DNA from: Octopus sinensis | Taxonomy: Eukaryota | Assembly: GCF_006345805.1 (NCBI RefSeq) | Contig: NC_043000.1 | Span: 74,028,001 to 74,092,000 of the forward strand | Reading direction: 5' to 3' | DNA length: 64,000 nt | In this document: piece by piece, positions 52,450-64,000 of the stretch | Layout of the letters: each line of letters opens with the position of its first letter | How positions within the stretch are numbered: position 1 is the first letter of the stretch | The notes under the pieces: model-generated | Seen by the model: the letters and a program-made list of their open reading frames with translations, nothing else | What the model was told of the DNA's origin: nothing | Database searches by the model: none | Made by a program: the position numbers and the translations under genes

Positions 52450-52875
52450 ATAGTCCTTCTGAACGTGATCTGGATGTTACTCCATTCGGACTTTCGGTTG
52501 AGAGTAGGTTTGTATTCTTGTATACAAACAGCTTCTGTGACCTGTCTCAACATTGCATCGATGGGATGTGTTGATAGGATGTTCAACTTAAGTTTCCCTA
52601 AGGATCCTTTGTGGCAGTCTACAGCATGTTGGTAGAAGATGGAGTTTGGCTTCCTTTCAATGTAGTTATCCAGGTATTCTTTGAACCTATCATTGATGCT
52701 TCTAGAAGTCTCACCTATGTATGACTCTGGGTTAGTCGCACAAGCTCCCTCCTGGCACTTAATCTGGTATACAGTGCCCTTGGTTTTTCAATTTACATGT
52801 GGATTTGTCGAACATACTGCACAATTACTTTGACAGGTGATTCTACCAAATGGATATGATCTGCATAATGCCGAT
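52450..52875 (-). pseudogene. PLE GIY-YIG fragment (relative of the 10489-12891 element)
   Basis: Hand translation 'YPFGRITCQSNCAVCSTNPHVN*KTKGTVYQIKCQEG..SYIGETSRSINDRFKE..RQVTEA..LNRKSEW'. Confidence 0.85.
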
Positions 52876-54035
52876 TTGAAGAATACGAACTCAAGCTACA
52901 GGCTGGAATGGTCAATTTTGTCGGTGGCCCTCCCATTTGATAGGGGCAGAAGGAAGTGCAACCTTTGTGTCTCCGAACTCTTCCATATATTGTTCGCCAG
53001 AGACCGGATGGTAAACGGACTTTTACAGTCGGCTTTTCGATGCCCCCATTGGCGGCGTTATACTTATCTTGCTTATAAATAACGCTTATAAATAATACCT
53101 GCACCCGGTTACACTACTTATATGAAAATTTCTGAAAAAGCCTTTAAGAGAGATGTGATTAACCACTGCAAGGGGAATTACTCCTGTGAGATGAATGGGG
53201 CTTTGTTTGTGACGACGGGGGGTTTCTTTGACAAGGCATGATTAGACGAACACACGCACACATAAAACATAAAATATTTTTCTGCCGCCCGACGGTTTTT
53301 ACTGCAGTGACCATTGTGTAGAGCTGTTTAACAACTGACAGCCGCGCGATCAAACGCACACACGTACACGCAAAAAATGTTTTCTACCCCTTGACGGAGT
53401 TCTCAGCAGTGACCAGAAAATAGCGCTTCTTACCAACTTGCGCCAGCACACATATATAGAACAGTAAACACACACATGTCTCTAAGTAGATTTTGTCTCG
53501 CCCCATAAAATACATCCAATATTCTTTGAATAGTCAGAACTTTACTCTCGGTCACAAAGAACATCTACATGCCCCGTGCCCTCACCCACAGGAATGACCG
53601 CTGCCTGACCCGTTAAAATCTTCAACGCACCCACCACCCGTTCTCAACATACACTGATAAACAGTTTGACCATGGGCTCTTAGGAGCCTAGTTCGATTTG
53701 TTTTGCTCCGCCTCTGTTCTGTTTTTGTTTTTTCCAACGGATTTCCTATTTCTTCCTGAAGAGAAAGACACAATATGGTCTCATTATTCAATCGGATTTG
53801 GTAAATTGTGCCTTTCGAAACACGTGTAGAATGAAATAAAACGATTTCTGTTCAATCTTCGTTCAGCTCCATTTCTTCAATTCACTAATAATATTAAAAT
53901 TCAATTATCCGCACCAACGCACGGTTGCAACACCATATGGTTGTACCTCCAACCGTGCTGTCCTCTGCTGTGATTTTTGCTACCAAGGTATCGGTTAAAC
54001 TTTTGATTAATCTGCTACAAGATTATTCATCTTCT
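52873..54035 (+). mobile_element. PLE 3' fragment (end of GIY-YIG and 3' UTR; relative of 35670-37870)
   Basis: 'LEWSILSVALPFDRGRRKCNLCVSELFHILF..CPHWRRYTYLAYK'. Confidence 0.85.
53753..53831 (+). ncRNA. Type I hammerhead ribozyme with long stem II
   Basis: UUC-CUGAAGA-GAAAGACACAAU...AUUGUGCCUUUC-GAAAC-ACGU-GUA-GAA. Confidence 0.85.
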
Positions 54036-54042
54036 ATTTCAC

Positions 54043-54108
<66 letters not shown>

Positions 54109-54202
54109 GTATATGTATATATGTATATATATATATATACATATATATATATGTATATATATATATGTATATATGTATATGTATATATATATATAATATA
54201 TG

Positions 54203-54244
<42 letters not shown>

Positions 54245-54297
54245 GTATATATGTGTATATATATGTATATATATGTATATATTTGTATATATATATG

Positions 54298-56290
54298 TAG
54301 GTTAAAAAGTTTTTTTTTAATTAGAAAGGGGAAAAAAGAAAATTGCATTGTTTTTTGCAAAAGAACAATAATAAATATGTACAAAAATTAAAAAATAAGT
54401 ACTCCGATACATTGTGAGTTCGTTGTGTATCTTGAGTTTAATGATTGTTCACGAAAAAATTACCTTGAGGTCTTAGGATCTAATGGGATTAAGAGCATGA
54501 GTTGTTTGGTTTAATTAAGGATGTTGGCAAAACAGGAAGTAGTAGTAATTGTGGTTCTTCAGTTCCTGTGTTGTGAATAAGGGGAGACAACTCTTTTGAG
54601 TTCTTCAATAAAGGCTGTTAATAAACCCCAAATTATAAAATATCATTTTAGTTTCATTTGCATTATCTTTTTTATATAATTGTTTGTAACTTAACTTTCA
54701 GATTTTAACACTTTTTTATATTATTTCTAATTATATAAATTTGCATAGACAATTGCATTTCAGATTGTTATATCATAATATATAAAAAAATGATAGTAAT
54801 AACAACAATAGTAAAAATGATATTAAAGAATATAAGTTTTAGCTTGAAGTGTGAATGCATGGTATCCTTATAATTGTGTTAGTCCATCCATGAAGAATGA
54901 GGTAGAAAAAGGAAGTTTGATCAACGAGAGTTTGCATATTAAGTTGTGTTTGGAATTTTTCAATAAAGAGATTCTCCTTGTGATTCTCTCCTGTGGTGGT
55001 GATCCCGTCTTTACATTGGTAGAAGGGGAATATATAGAATTTGGGGTTTAAGTCTTTAGCGCATGAGTCTATGTGGTCACTCAATGGAATTTGTCGGTAT
55101 TCCGGGAGATTTATTTGTTCTTTATGCACCGCTACTCGTTTACGTAACGGGAGACTCGTTTGTCCAACATAATTATGTTGGCAACCAGCGCATGTGAGAA
55201 CGTAGATAAGGTTCTCGGAGGAACAGGAGAAGTTAGTCTTGATTTTAAACTTCGTACCTTGTTTGAAGGTAAATTCAGGGCCTTCAAGTAGAAGGGGCAG
55301 GTGCCACAGTTTGGGCGTGCACATTTTTTTATTGCTGGGGGTGGATGTGGTGTGTGAAGTTTGGCATTTGTCAAGAGTTTTTTTAAAGATTTGTGTTGCC
55401 TTTTACATTTGAGGATTTTGTGTGTATTTATAATGTTTTTCATTTTTGGGTCTGTTGACAGTAGACTGAGGTTTTGTATGATTGTGGTGTATGCTTCGAT
55501 ATTTTTGGGGTTGTGGGTGGAAATGTATGGAAGTATTTTGAGGTGTGTGTGGTGTTAGATTGGGTGGTTTCAGTGTAGTGTTATCTAGTTCTTTGGTGCG
55601 TTTTATTCCATACTCTATAAGGGTGGAGGGATATTGACGTTGTAATAGTGTTTTTTTGAGGTCTTGAAGGCGTATTTTCTCGTGTTTTTGGATCCGAGAA
55701 AATGGTGCATACCCTTTTAGCTAAATTGAAAGGGATATTTGTCTTGGTGTGTTTTGGGTGGCATGAACTAAAGAGGAGGTATTGTTGTGAGTCTGTAGGT
55801 TTTGGTAGATGTCTGTTATGATTTGGTTCTTAGGTGTTTTTATAATTAGGAGATCAAGGAATGGGAGATGATGTTTGTTAATTCCATAGTGAATTGGATG
55901 TTGGGATGTATGTTGTAGTATGGTTTTGAATTCCAGGAGTTTTTCATAAGGTTCTTTCCATATGATGAAACAATCATCCAAATACCTTTTCCAGATTTCC
56001 ATTAGGTAGGTGTGGAAAACATGTCCAAATTTCTGGCTTGATATTTCATAGAGTGATAGTTCGAAGAAACCCATTATGAGGTTCGCAAGGACTGGTGCAG
56101 CCTTTGTACCCATCGCAATACCACATTTTTGACGGTAGTGTGTGTCGTCGAAGAGAAAAAAATTGTTTGTCAGAATGAACTTGAGAGATTCTGTAATAAA
56201 AGTCTTGTTAATGCGGTCAGGGAATGTCTCTGGGTGTTTTTCTAGCCAGAAGTCAATTGCCTCTATACCATATTCATGTGGGATGTTGGT
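54298..56290 (-). mobile_element. Penelope-like (Neptune-like) element, 5'-truncated and frameshifted
   Basis: Motifs 'TNIPH', 'QKCGIAMGT..ANLIM', 'RYLDD', 'LPFLD', 'CARPNCGTC', 'LIYVLTC..YVGQT'. Confidence 0.9.
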
Positions 56291-56579
56291 GTGGACTAAC
56301 ACAAATATATAAGGATACCATGCATTCATCACTTCAAGCTAAAACTTATATTCTTTAAATATCATTTTTACTATTGTTGTTATTACTAAAAAACTTTTTA
56401 ACCTAAATATTCTTGACAAGTCACACAATAACGAAAACCGGTTTGAATAAATATATATTATATATTTTATCAATTTCTCATTCATTAAAATTTTCTTTCA
56501 TTTGAGCATTCTGCATTTTTACAATTTTTCCTTGCTATCATTTCTCCACGTGCGGTCAACACAACCCACCATTTATTGA

Positions 56580-56582
<3 letters not shown>
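56290..56582 (+). repeat. Inverted pseudo-LTR at the 5' truncation point, with a U3-A8 hammerhead at 56409-56448
   Basis: 56292-56387 is the reverse complement of about 54795-54885. HHR reads AUUC-UUGACAA-GU..AC-GAAA-ACCGGU-UU-GAAU. Confidence 0.75.
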
Positions 56583-56664
<82 letters not shown>

Positions 56665-56781
56665 GTATACATATATATGTGTGTGTATACATATATATAT
56701 ATGTGTATATATATTATATATATATATATATGGTGTGTGTGTGTGTATATATATGTATATATATAGATATATATGTATACA

Positions 56782-56822
<41 letters not shown>

Positions 56823-56935
56823 ACATATATATATATAGTATATATGCATACATATATGTATATATATATATATATGTATACATATATTATAATATGTATA
56901 CATATATATATATAGATATATATGTATACATATAT

Positions 56936-56993
<58 letters not shown>

Positions 56994-57064
56994 GCAATAA
57001 GATTCAAGTTAATTTAAATGAATTTACTTGAATATGGTACTTAACTTAGATGCACCAAAAAAAA

Positions 57065-57143
57065 CTGATGAGTACGGGACACGTTTATATGCTGTAATTT
57101 TTGCAACTTTTAATAAAGCCTGTCCTTGTATGAAACGATTGTA
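57065..57143 (+). ncRNA. Hammerhead remnant (stem I lost)
   Basis: CUGAUGA-GUACGGGACA...UGUCCUUGUAU-GAAAC-GAUU-GUA. Confidence 0.6.
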
Positions 57144-57180
57144 CTAAAAACCTATCCATTCTTGTTGCTTCTTTCTCGCT

Positions 57181-57211
<31 letters not shown>

Positions 57212-57232
57212 ACATATATATATATATATTTG

Positions 57233-57263
<31 letters not shown>

Positions 57264-57359
57264 TCCTGAGTGTCAAATAATACTTTAATTGTTCCACGTC
57301 CTCGCGTTGCTGTGTTTTTTTCTGTGTTTTCTTGTTTGGATTAACTATATATATATATA

Positions 57360-57700
57360 TAAAGGGTAAAGACCCCCTTCGGTCATGAATGACCATGGGA
57401 TTGCACCTAGAAAGTTACCCTCCTAGACACAAGTCCGGGCAAGGTTGTTTATGGAAGGCCAGCAGTCGCCCATGCATACCAGCCTCCCCTCTCCACGCCA
57501 CCAGTGTTATCCAAGGGAAAGACAAAGGTCGATACAGCTTGGCACCTGTGACGTCGCAACTCATTTCTACAGCTGAGTGAACTGGAGCAACGTGAAATAA
57601 AGTGCCTTGCTCGAGAACACAACACGCAGCCCGGTCCGGGATTCGAGCTCACAACCTCACGATCGTAAGCTCGACGCTCTAACCACTGAGCCATGCGCCT
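57360..57700 (-). mobile_element. tRNA-derived SINE
   Basis: Minus strand 'ggcgcatggctcagtggttagagcg..gagctcgaatcccgg..gtgttctcgagcaaggcactt'. Confidence 0.8.
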
Positions 57701-57708
57701 TATATATA

Positions 57709-57770
<62 letters not shown>

Positions 57771-57824
57771 ATATATATCATATATATATATATATAATAT
57801 ATATATATATATATAATTATATAT

Positions 57825-57871
<47 letters not shown>

Positions 57872-57889
57872 ATATATGTATATATATAT

Positions 57890-60800
57890 GTAATTGATCA
57901 AAATAAAATAAAAACATGATGCGAAGGATTCAGCGGTACATATGTTTCGGGCCTTTATTAGACAGATTTATACAATGCATAATGTATGTCTGTGGCCTTC
58001 TTCAGCCGCGCACAACAGCTTCCACAAGGACATGTGTTACATCAAAAATTCTTGGTTGGGGATGCAAATCCTCTCATTCACGTACGACATAATGCGGCAG
58101 CAGCATAGAATTGAACGTCCATCTCTCTTTTCTTCTCTCAATGTAGAATGAGGAAAATTGGATTTGAGGTAATGTAAATAAATAAATACATATATAGAGG
58201 TGAAGATGAGGGGCGAGAGTTCGGGACGAGGGATAAAAATGTATAAAAAGTGTAAGTATAGAATAATATAAATGCAGAGGATAATAGATATAAAGAGTTG
58301 TAAGGAGATGTAAAGGGGGTATAAAGAAATATAAAGAAATATAAATAAATGTAAAGGCATAAGTTATAAAGTAAAAATAGAAATAGAATAAAAGTAAAAA
58401 AACCTGATAAAAACATGATAAAAGTGTAAAAGAATGTAAAGATAAGGGATGTATAGAGGTTACGGACCAAGCATGGTGGTCAGGAGATTGATAAAATTTA
58501 GTTGTAGAATTGTCAGTAAATCAACAGTTTCGTCTGGGGACTTAATGCGTTGTAAATCAGAGCTGATGAGCATTTAATCTGGTTCCTTGAATTAAATGGA
58601 CTTCTAGTACATACATATCATCATGGATACATACACCCACATACACGCGTACATATACGCCTCCAAGCCTATAAGCATACACACGCACTCGCGTGTAAAC
58701 ACGTACATAAACACACACGCACCCACACGCACGCGCGTACACACACATACATACAACAGAATATCCGCATATATACACGGACATTACGCGCGTACACGCT
58801 CACATGTATATACGCGCGCCCATCACTACATACACACACGTATATGCCCACACCTCTAGGTCTAGGTGTAAGATATTAAAGGATGTGTATAAGAACGTAT
58901 GTAAAGAATCCCGTACTCATGTCAATACGTGCACGCACACACGGCTGTGTGTCCGTATGTGCGTGCACATATACACTCATATACACACACAGAGACACAC
59001 GCGCACATGGGTATAGCTATAAGATATCGAAGTATGCATGTACATATATGCGCGTGCATATGTATGTATGCGCATACACACGTACGCGGACGCTCGTATA
59101 TTCAAAAAGTGGATCCATAGGTAAGTAAATAAACATATATAGAGGTGTAAAGCGATAAGTTAGGGGTAAGAAATAAAAAATACAGTATAAAATAAGAAAT
59201 ACAATGTAATAGTTAGAAATGAAGTATAAGAATTATAAAAATGATAAGAGTTAAGGTAAGGGATGAAAATGAAAATAAGAATAAATGGAAGTAGAATAAA
59301 AGTAAAAATAAAATTAAAAATAAAATAAATGGAAGTAGGATAAAATAAAAATAAAAGTAAAAAAATAAAATAAAATAAAATAAGATAAAAATATAGTTTG
59401 TAAAGTTTAACATGAGATGAAGGTGGTTGAAAGTTAGAGGTGTGTGTGTTAAACGGGGGCGGGCGGGGGGAACTGAAAATTGGAAGGGTGGGAAGTGGAG
59501 TTTGGCGGTGTGCGTTCAACATCTGAGTTAGAAATGTGAAAGGGTATAGTATATAGGGAATTAAAGAGACTACATAGGGAGGATATGGGTGTAGGAGAAG
59601 AAATATTTAGGGAAAAGAAGTCATATATGGGAGACAAAATTTGTATATATAGGAGGAAAATGCAGGGAACCGTATATGCACATACACACACACACGCACA
59701 TGTATATATATATGTATATGTACACATACGTACACGTAAGTGCACATACATACGCACACACACACACGCATACACACGCACATATAGGAAAGCGGGATGT
59801 GCTGGAGCCGACAGGTTGCACCGGGTGGGAGGAAATTGCATGGGGGAGTTGGTATAAGACCTAAGCATTGTAGTATTTGAAAGTATTAATAAGTTTATGT
59901 ATACAGGATGGTTTGAACTCTGACCTTTTGTTAATAAGATTGTGTTTGTCTTTGAATTTCAAGATGTTCAGGAGTTCTACACAGCATAGTTGGCATCCTG
60001 CTCTATTATTTAAATAAGGTGCAGCTGATCCGATGATGGACCATCTGAGTTTGAAGCCTATGCATTTGTCTTTTAATTCCCAAATTCTTTTAGAGAGGAG
60101 GTGCTGTTAGCCTTATGTCTGTGTCTCAGCGAGGACCGGTGGTTGTAGTATCTGGATTTCCAGGAGGTTGAGCAACCAATATAGGTGAGTGTGTTAAACT
60201 GAGTACTCACCTCACATGAGTATTTACGTTTTTCGCCCTACATGCGCCCTGCAGCGGGCACTCTGATGCACATCTGCAGTTGCATTGCATTGCATTATTC
60301 GGTCGTGTGCTGCTAATCCCAGGCGGAGGTGTTGCAATACGAGTGGGGGCGTTGGTATCCTCCGGTTGTTGATGGGTGTAGTATTTCCTCTTGTGTGTTG
60401 GCGGGTGTTATTACTAACTGTTTGGGTAGTATGGCTGCCAGTCTGGTTATATTGTCTACTGTCTAGATGAGGGGGGTTCTGTTGGTCGCTATGGTTTGCT
60501 CTTGATCTAGCTGTTCTAATATTATATAGTTATGTTTAGCTATGAGGCAGCTCATGTTGGGCAGGGTAGAGTAGGAAATCCTAATAGTTTTGTTGGAGAA
60601 GATACTTCTATACTTGTGGGTGGGTGGGAAGTTGTTGGAAATTATAGAGAATATTCTCTTACATAACTTACCCCTAACTGCTAAGTTGAAAGGTATGTTG
60701 AACCATATATATTTGCGTAATCTACTATTATCCCTTCTATTTCTCCTAATAGATCTATATTGCTCTCGTCGGGAGGGTTACTATTGTGTGCTATTCTATT

Positions 60801-61675
60801 AGTTCGCCTATTTCCTATACGTTGTTTGGAGTTTAAATTAGAATTATCGCTAGTGTGAGTTGAGTGCTGAGTTCGATTATAATTGGGAGTCTTATGGCCG
60901 ACGGACGCTCCCGGGTGGTCTACATATGATATTCTCTGGTTATACCCGGCACTATAGAGGGCCTGGTTGTAGTGTGTGGCATGATTATTGAAAATTTCTC
61001 TATTAGAGGATAGTTTTGTCAGTCTGTCTGAGATGGCTTGGACCGTGGTGCTAATTATACAGGGTGGATGGTTGGAAGAGGTATGGATGTATTTGGTAGT
61101 TTCTTCGGGTTTCCTATACGGGTAGTGAAGGTGCTTATTCAAATCTAACGTAACATCTAAGAAGTTTACTATTTTAGTATTGGTCATAAATTCTAGTTTA
61201 AGATTGAAGGATTTGAAAAAAAGCCTGATCTTTTTCCTAATTCTTTCTAGTTTACTCCTATTGTTGGTGGGGTATATGAAGAGAGCGTCGTCTCTGTATA
61301 GACCCCCCTGAAGGTCCGGTACCTCGGAAAAAGCTTCTTGAGCAGGTAGGCCCCGACCAAGTCAGTCACCTGAGCTGAATCGCTCGAGCCCATAGCCACA
61401 TCGAAATTGTCGGGGGTATCGGATCTGGTCCAGAGTCTACCGTCGAATTCTATTATGGTTTTTCTAGCTAATAGAATTATGTCAATTTTTTCTCTGTCTA
61501 TGAGTGAAAGGTTGCGGGCCAAAATAAGGGATTTGTTAAGTAAGATGGGGGATATACTGGCGTAGTAGCTAGCTATGTCGAATGGATGAATGAGTAGTCG
61601 GGCCTATTGGTGATAGTGTAAACCATTCTAGCACATCGTTGTGTTAATCCATAGTTGGAGTGGGATGTATATTGT
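57890..61675 (-). mobile_element. Degraded Penelope-like element with ~2-kb 3' UTR
   Basis: Motifs 'FDIASYYASI', 'FDVAMGSSDSAQVTDLVG', frameshifted 'GLYRDD', 'NFLDVTLDL..PYRKP..SSNHPP'. GIY-YIG at 59880-60290. Confidence 0.88.
57933..58009 (-). ncRNA. Type I hammerhead ribozyme with long stem II
   Basis: GCGG-CUGAAGA-AGGCC...GGCCC-GAAAC-AUAU-GUA-CCGC. Stem I is identical to that of 42213-42304. Confidence 0.85.
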
Positions 61676-61729
61676 ACATATATATAAAAATGTATATATA
61701 TATGTATATATATATAATATATATATATG

Positions 61730-61775
<46 letters not shown>

Positions 61776-62233
61776 TATATATATAATGTAGATATATATA
61801 TATATATATATATCTGTATATATAATAATAATATTAGGGAATAAATCCAAACTTACAGGGAAAAATTAGATTTAGGATTAAATCTAATTTTATAGTATAA
61901 ATATATTATATTATATTATATTACATTAGAGATAAAAGCTCTGTTAGGCAAATCAAACAGTGAAAAACATAAGCCAATACATAAAATTAATTTTAAAATA
62001 TAAAAGTTAAAAAAAAAAATTATTTAAATAATTTAAACTTATAAATTTTATATATATATACAATATATATATATATATGTATGTATGTATATTTTTATAT
62101 TTATATATTATTTTATTAATTAATTAATTAATCAATTAATTCATTTATTTATTTTTTTTTTTAAATATCAAAAGTATTAAAAGTTTAATATATATACATA
62201 TATATAATATATATATATATATGTATATATTTG

Positions 62234-62291
<58 letters not shown>

Positions 62292-62324
62292 GTATACATA
62301 TATATATGTATATTATATATATAT

Positions 62325-62361
<37 letters not shown>

Positions 62362-62684
62362 ACATATATATATATATATGTGTGTGTGTGTATATATATA
62401 TATGTATATATATATGTGTATATATACTTGAACTGAGACTGCCAGCTGCCACTGACCATTCAAAATACGACCATCAGGGCACTCCCAGATTCTCCCACCC
62501 CCCTTTCCTCACCAGCCTTCCCTCTACTACCCTACCAAGAACTCACAACTACCTCGAACACACAAGTGCAAACAAGGGAGTCAGAGAAAGGCAGAATGCC
62601 ACTTAAATCTGAACACTACTATAGAAATATTCTTTTAAAAAAACTTTTCTTCTAATTTTTCTAAATTTAATTATTTAATCGTTA

Positions 62685-62722
62685 CAGTTGAAAAGGTCTC
62701 AAAATGACCGAAACCGGTACTG
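62685..62722 (+). ncRNA. Minimal hammerhead, U3-A8 core variant
   Basis: CAG-UUGAAAA-GGUC(UCAAAAU)GACC-GAAAC-CG-GUA-CUG. The surrounding 62430-62780 is paralogous to 42750-43080. Confidence 0.78.
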
Positions 62723-62823
62723 AAATGTTCACTATAAAATTATTTTAGCATTTTCTATTTTTTACTTGTTTTTTCATATATATGTATATATATATGTATA
62801 CATATATGTATATATATGTATAC

Positions 62824-62854
<31 letters not shown>

Positions 62855-62863
62855 ATATATATG

Positions 62864-62907
<44 letters not shown>

Positions 62908-63026
62908 ACAATCAAGGAACGGCCATAATAGGCCATTCACCCACTAGAAATAACAGCCAAAGCTTCAACCGCAAATAAAAATCAATTCCGTAAACCAGGA
63001 GAAAATTAAAAAACATTTACCCTGTA

Positions 63027-63133
63027 ATTTCTTATACGATGCACCGTTTCATCTACTGTTTAATGGTAAACTAACCTGATTAAATTAAATCAAGCCAATC
63101 TTCCATAGGCCCTTAGATTCATCAGTAAGAAAT
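63027..63133 (-). ncRNA. Type I hammerhead ribozyme (array copy 1)
   Basis: AUUUCUUA-CUGAUGA-AUCUA...UAGAU-GAAAC-GGUGCAUC-GUA-UAAGAAAU. Confidence 0.9.
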
Positions 63134-63514
63134 AGCCAAGTCGGAACAGATATTTTCACGAGGCATTTCCGACCCTACGAAGGCAATATCTGACCTAAAA
63201 TTTTCAAATCATCGCACTCGCGCCAAATTTATCGGCAGCAAATAAATATAAGCCGTCGATTCCATTACGGAATTAACCAGAAAATTCATAATTAATCAAT
63301 ATAGGGTGGCAAAAAATTTTGTAGAATTTTTTTGCCACCAGCGGCCTAGTGGGAAAAAATTAAATAGTCATAGACCATTTTTAAGTTCAACATCAACAAT
63401 CAAGGAACGGCCATAATAGGCCATTCACCCACTAGAAATAACAGCCAAAGCTTCAACCGCAAATAAAAATCAATTCCGTAAACCAGGAGAAAATTAAAAA
63501 ACATTTACCCTGTA

Positions 63515-63620
63515 ATTTCTTATACGATGCACCGTTTCATCTACTGTTTAATGGTAAACTAACCTGATTAAATTAAATCAAGCCAATCTTCCATAGGCCT
63601 TAGATTCATCAGTAAGAAAT
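63515..63620 (-). ncRNA. Type I hammerhead ribozyme (array copy 2)
   Basis: Same motif as copy 1, with a 1-nt difference inside stem II. Confidence 0.9.
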
Positions 63621-64000
63621 AGCCAAATCGGAACAGATATTTTCACGAGGCATTTCCGACCCTGCCAAGGCAATATCTGACCTAAAATTTTCAAATCATC
63701 GCACTCGCGCCAAATTTATCGGCAGCAAATAAATATAAGCCGTCGATTCCATTACGGAATTAACCAGAAAATTCATAATTAATCAATATAGGGTGGCAAA
63801 AAATTTTGTAGAATTTTTTTGCCACCAGCGGCCTAGTGGGAAAAAATTAAATAGTCATAGACCATTTTTAAGTTCAACATCAACAATCAAGGAACGGCCA
63901 TAATAGGCCATTCACCCACTAGAAATAACAGCCAAAGCTTCAACCGCAAATAAAAATCAATTCCGTAAACCAGGAGAAAATAAAAAAACATTTACCCTGT

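Larger units (their letters stand above)
62904..64000 (-). mobile_element. Retrozyme-like tandem array, 487-488-bp unit, at least 2.25 near-identical copies (runs off the window end)
   Basis: Unit starts at 62904, 63392 and 63879. No ORF. One HHR per unit. Confidence 0.88.

Overview
AT-rich, microsatellite-dense eukaryotic DNA made almost entirely of transposable-element debris. The repeat content resembles an octopus/cephalopod genome, which is an inference from repeat types only. I found no confidently identifiable host gene. Contents: at least eight Penelope-like retroelement (PLE) copies or fragments of three protein types (RT plus GIY-YIG endonuclease), RTE-type LINE fragments and their (GAT)n-tailed 3' ends, tRNA-derived SINEs, non-autonomous Helitron-like elements, a fold-back MITE, an uninterrupted Merlin/ISXO2-type transposase ORF, and hAT and Gypsy-gag remnants. 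The main signal not visible in the ORF track is RNA-level. Reading both strands by eye gives about 24 minimal type I hammerhead ribozyme (HHR) motifs. They lie in PLE 3' ends/pseudo-LTRs and in three non-coding tandem units (about 487, 506 and 326 nt) that look like retrozymes, i.e. ribozyme-processed, potentially circular RNAs mobilised by PLEs. Several HHRs carry compensatory swaps of the catalytic 3-8 pair (U3-A8, G3-C8) or very long stem II extensions. All folds were done by hand and none has been tested for activity.
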